Below are positions 63,461 to 64,000 of a stretch of 64,000 nucleotides of DNA, piece by piece (position 1 is the stretch's first letter; each line of letters begins with the position of its first letter). The stretch is taken from positions 4,665,779 to 4,729,778 of the forward strand of contig MU058198.1 of the NCBI GenBank assembly GCA_013265495.1, in the 5' to 3' direction. A program made the position numbers and the translations under genes. The notes below the pieces were generated by a model. It was given only the letters and a program-made list of their open reading frames with translations. It was not told the DNA's origin and made no database searches. This DNA comes from Vicugna vicugna (Eukaryota).

Positions 63461-63600
63461 AATTTCAATTGCCTTGATAAGTTTCCAAATCACTGACTTA
63501 TGCTGAGATTTTACTGTATTGTCGCAAAATTTTATGATAATTTTTGTCTCAATGTCAGCTTTTTTCACTGAAGAAAAATTTAGCTGGATCAAGAAAACTC
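63461..63600 (-). pseudogene. Candidate exon, 140 bp, phase 1->0, open (VFLIQLNFSSVKKADIETK...WKLIKAIEI)
   Basis: attttcaaatag acceptor, ATT|gtaagt donor; the other two frames are closed. Confidence 0.5.
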
Positions 63601-63702
63601 CTATTTGAAAATCTACTCTCTGCTCGTGAGTCGAGTCCTCTGAGTGCAATAAAGGTGGTTAATACAGTCGGGAAAGCCAAAAACAAACCAACCAACCTAA
63701 CA

Positions 63703-63705
<3 letters not shown>

Positions 63706-63738
<33 letters not shown>
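63706..63738. repeat. (CA)n microsatellite
   Basis: Direct reading. Confidence 0.95.
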
Positions 63739-63741
<3 letters not shown>

Positions 63742-64000
63742 CCAAAAAGCCTTGAGAATGCAGGAAATAGCTTTCCTTGTTTTCTGAAACAATGAATCTC
63801 TCTCCCCAAGTCCGCAGTCCCCCAGCGACATCAGGAAACGTAACCAACTCCAATGCTTTCTGTAACGTGCCCTTTCTCAGGGTATGGGTGTGATGTTAGG
63901 CTGTAAGGAGGCATCGTGGGGTGGAAGTGCAGTTTTAGTTTCTGGCCTCCATAGAGTGTTGCTGAGATGCCCGTTACACCTGCCCACGTGGCCCTTTGTC

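Overview
Mammalian, repeat-rich genomic DNA, almost certainly camelid: two copies of the tRNA-Ala-derived Vic-1-type SINE are present. Much of the window is recognisable transposon relics (L1/HAL1, L2, MIR, MaLR/ERVL/ERV1 LTRs, hAT and Tigger MITEs). Family and subfamily names are from visual recall of consensus motifs, not from a search, and most boundaries are approximate. No intact, recognisable protein-coding gene, RNA gene or CRISPR array is visible, and the long six-frame ORFs are mostly repeat-derived or chance. The main signal is in the TE-free islands: a series of minus-strand AG...GT-bounded segments. Ten of them (63.6 kb down to 28.4 kb) splice in compatible phases into about 500 codons with only 3 stops, and more candidates continue to 5.5 kb. 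This suggests a large, unidentified multi-exon gene that is decaying (unitary pseudogene or lncRNA remnant); it is an inference that needs homology testing. Other notable structures are a TSD-bounded L1 3' transduction, an internally deleted L1 with both ends, a 22/44-bp higher-order minisatellite, a triple-nested MaLR, a local duplication of about 240 bp and a CpG-enriched MIR.
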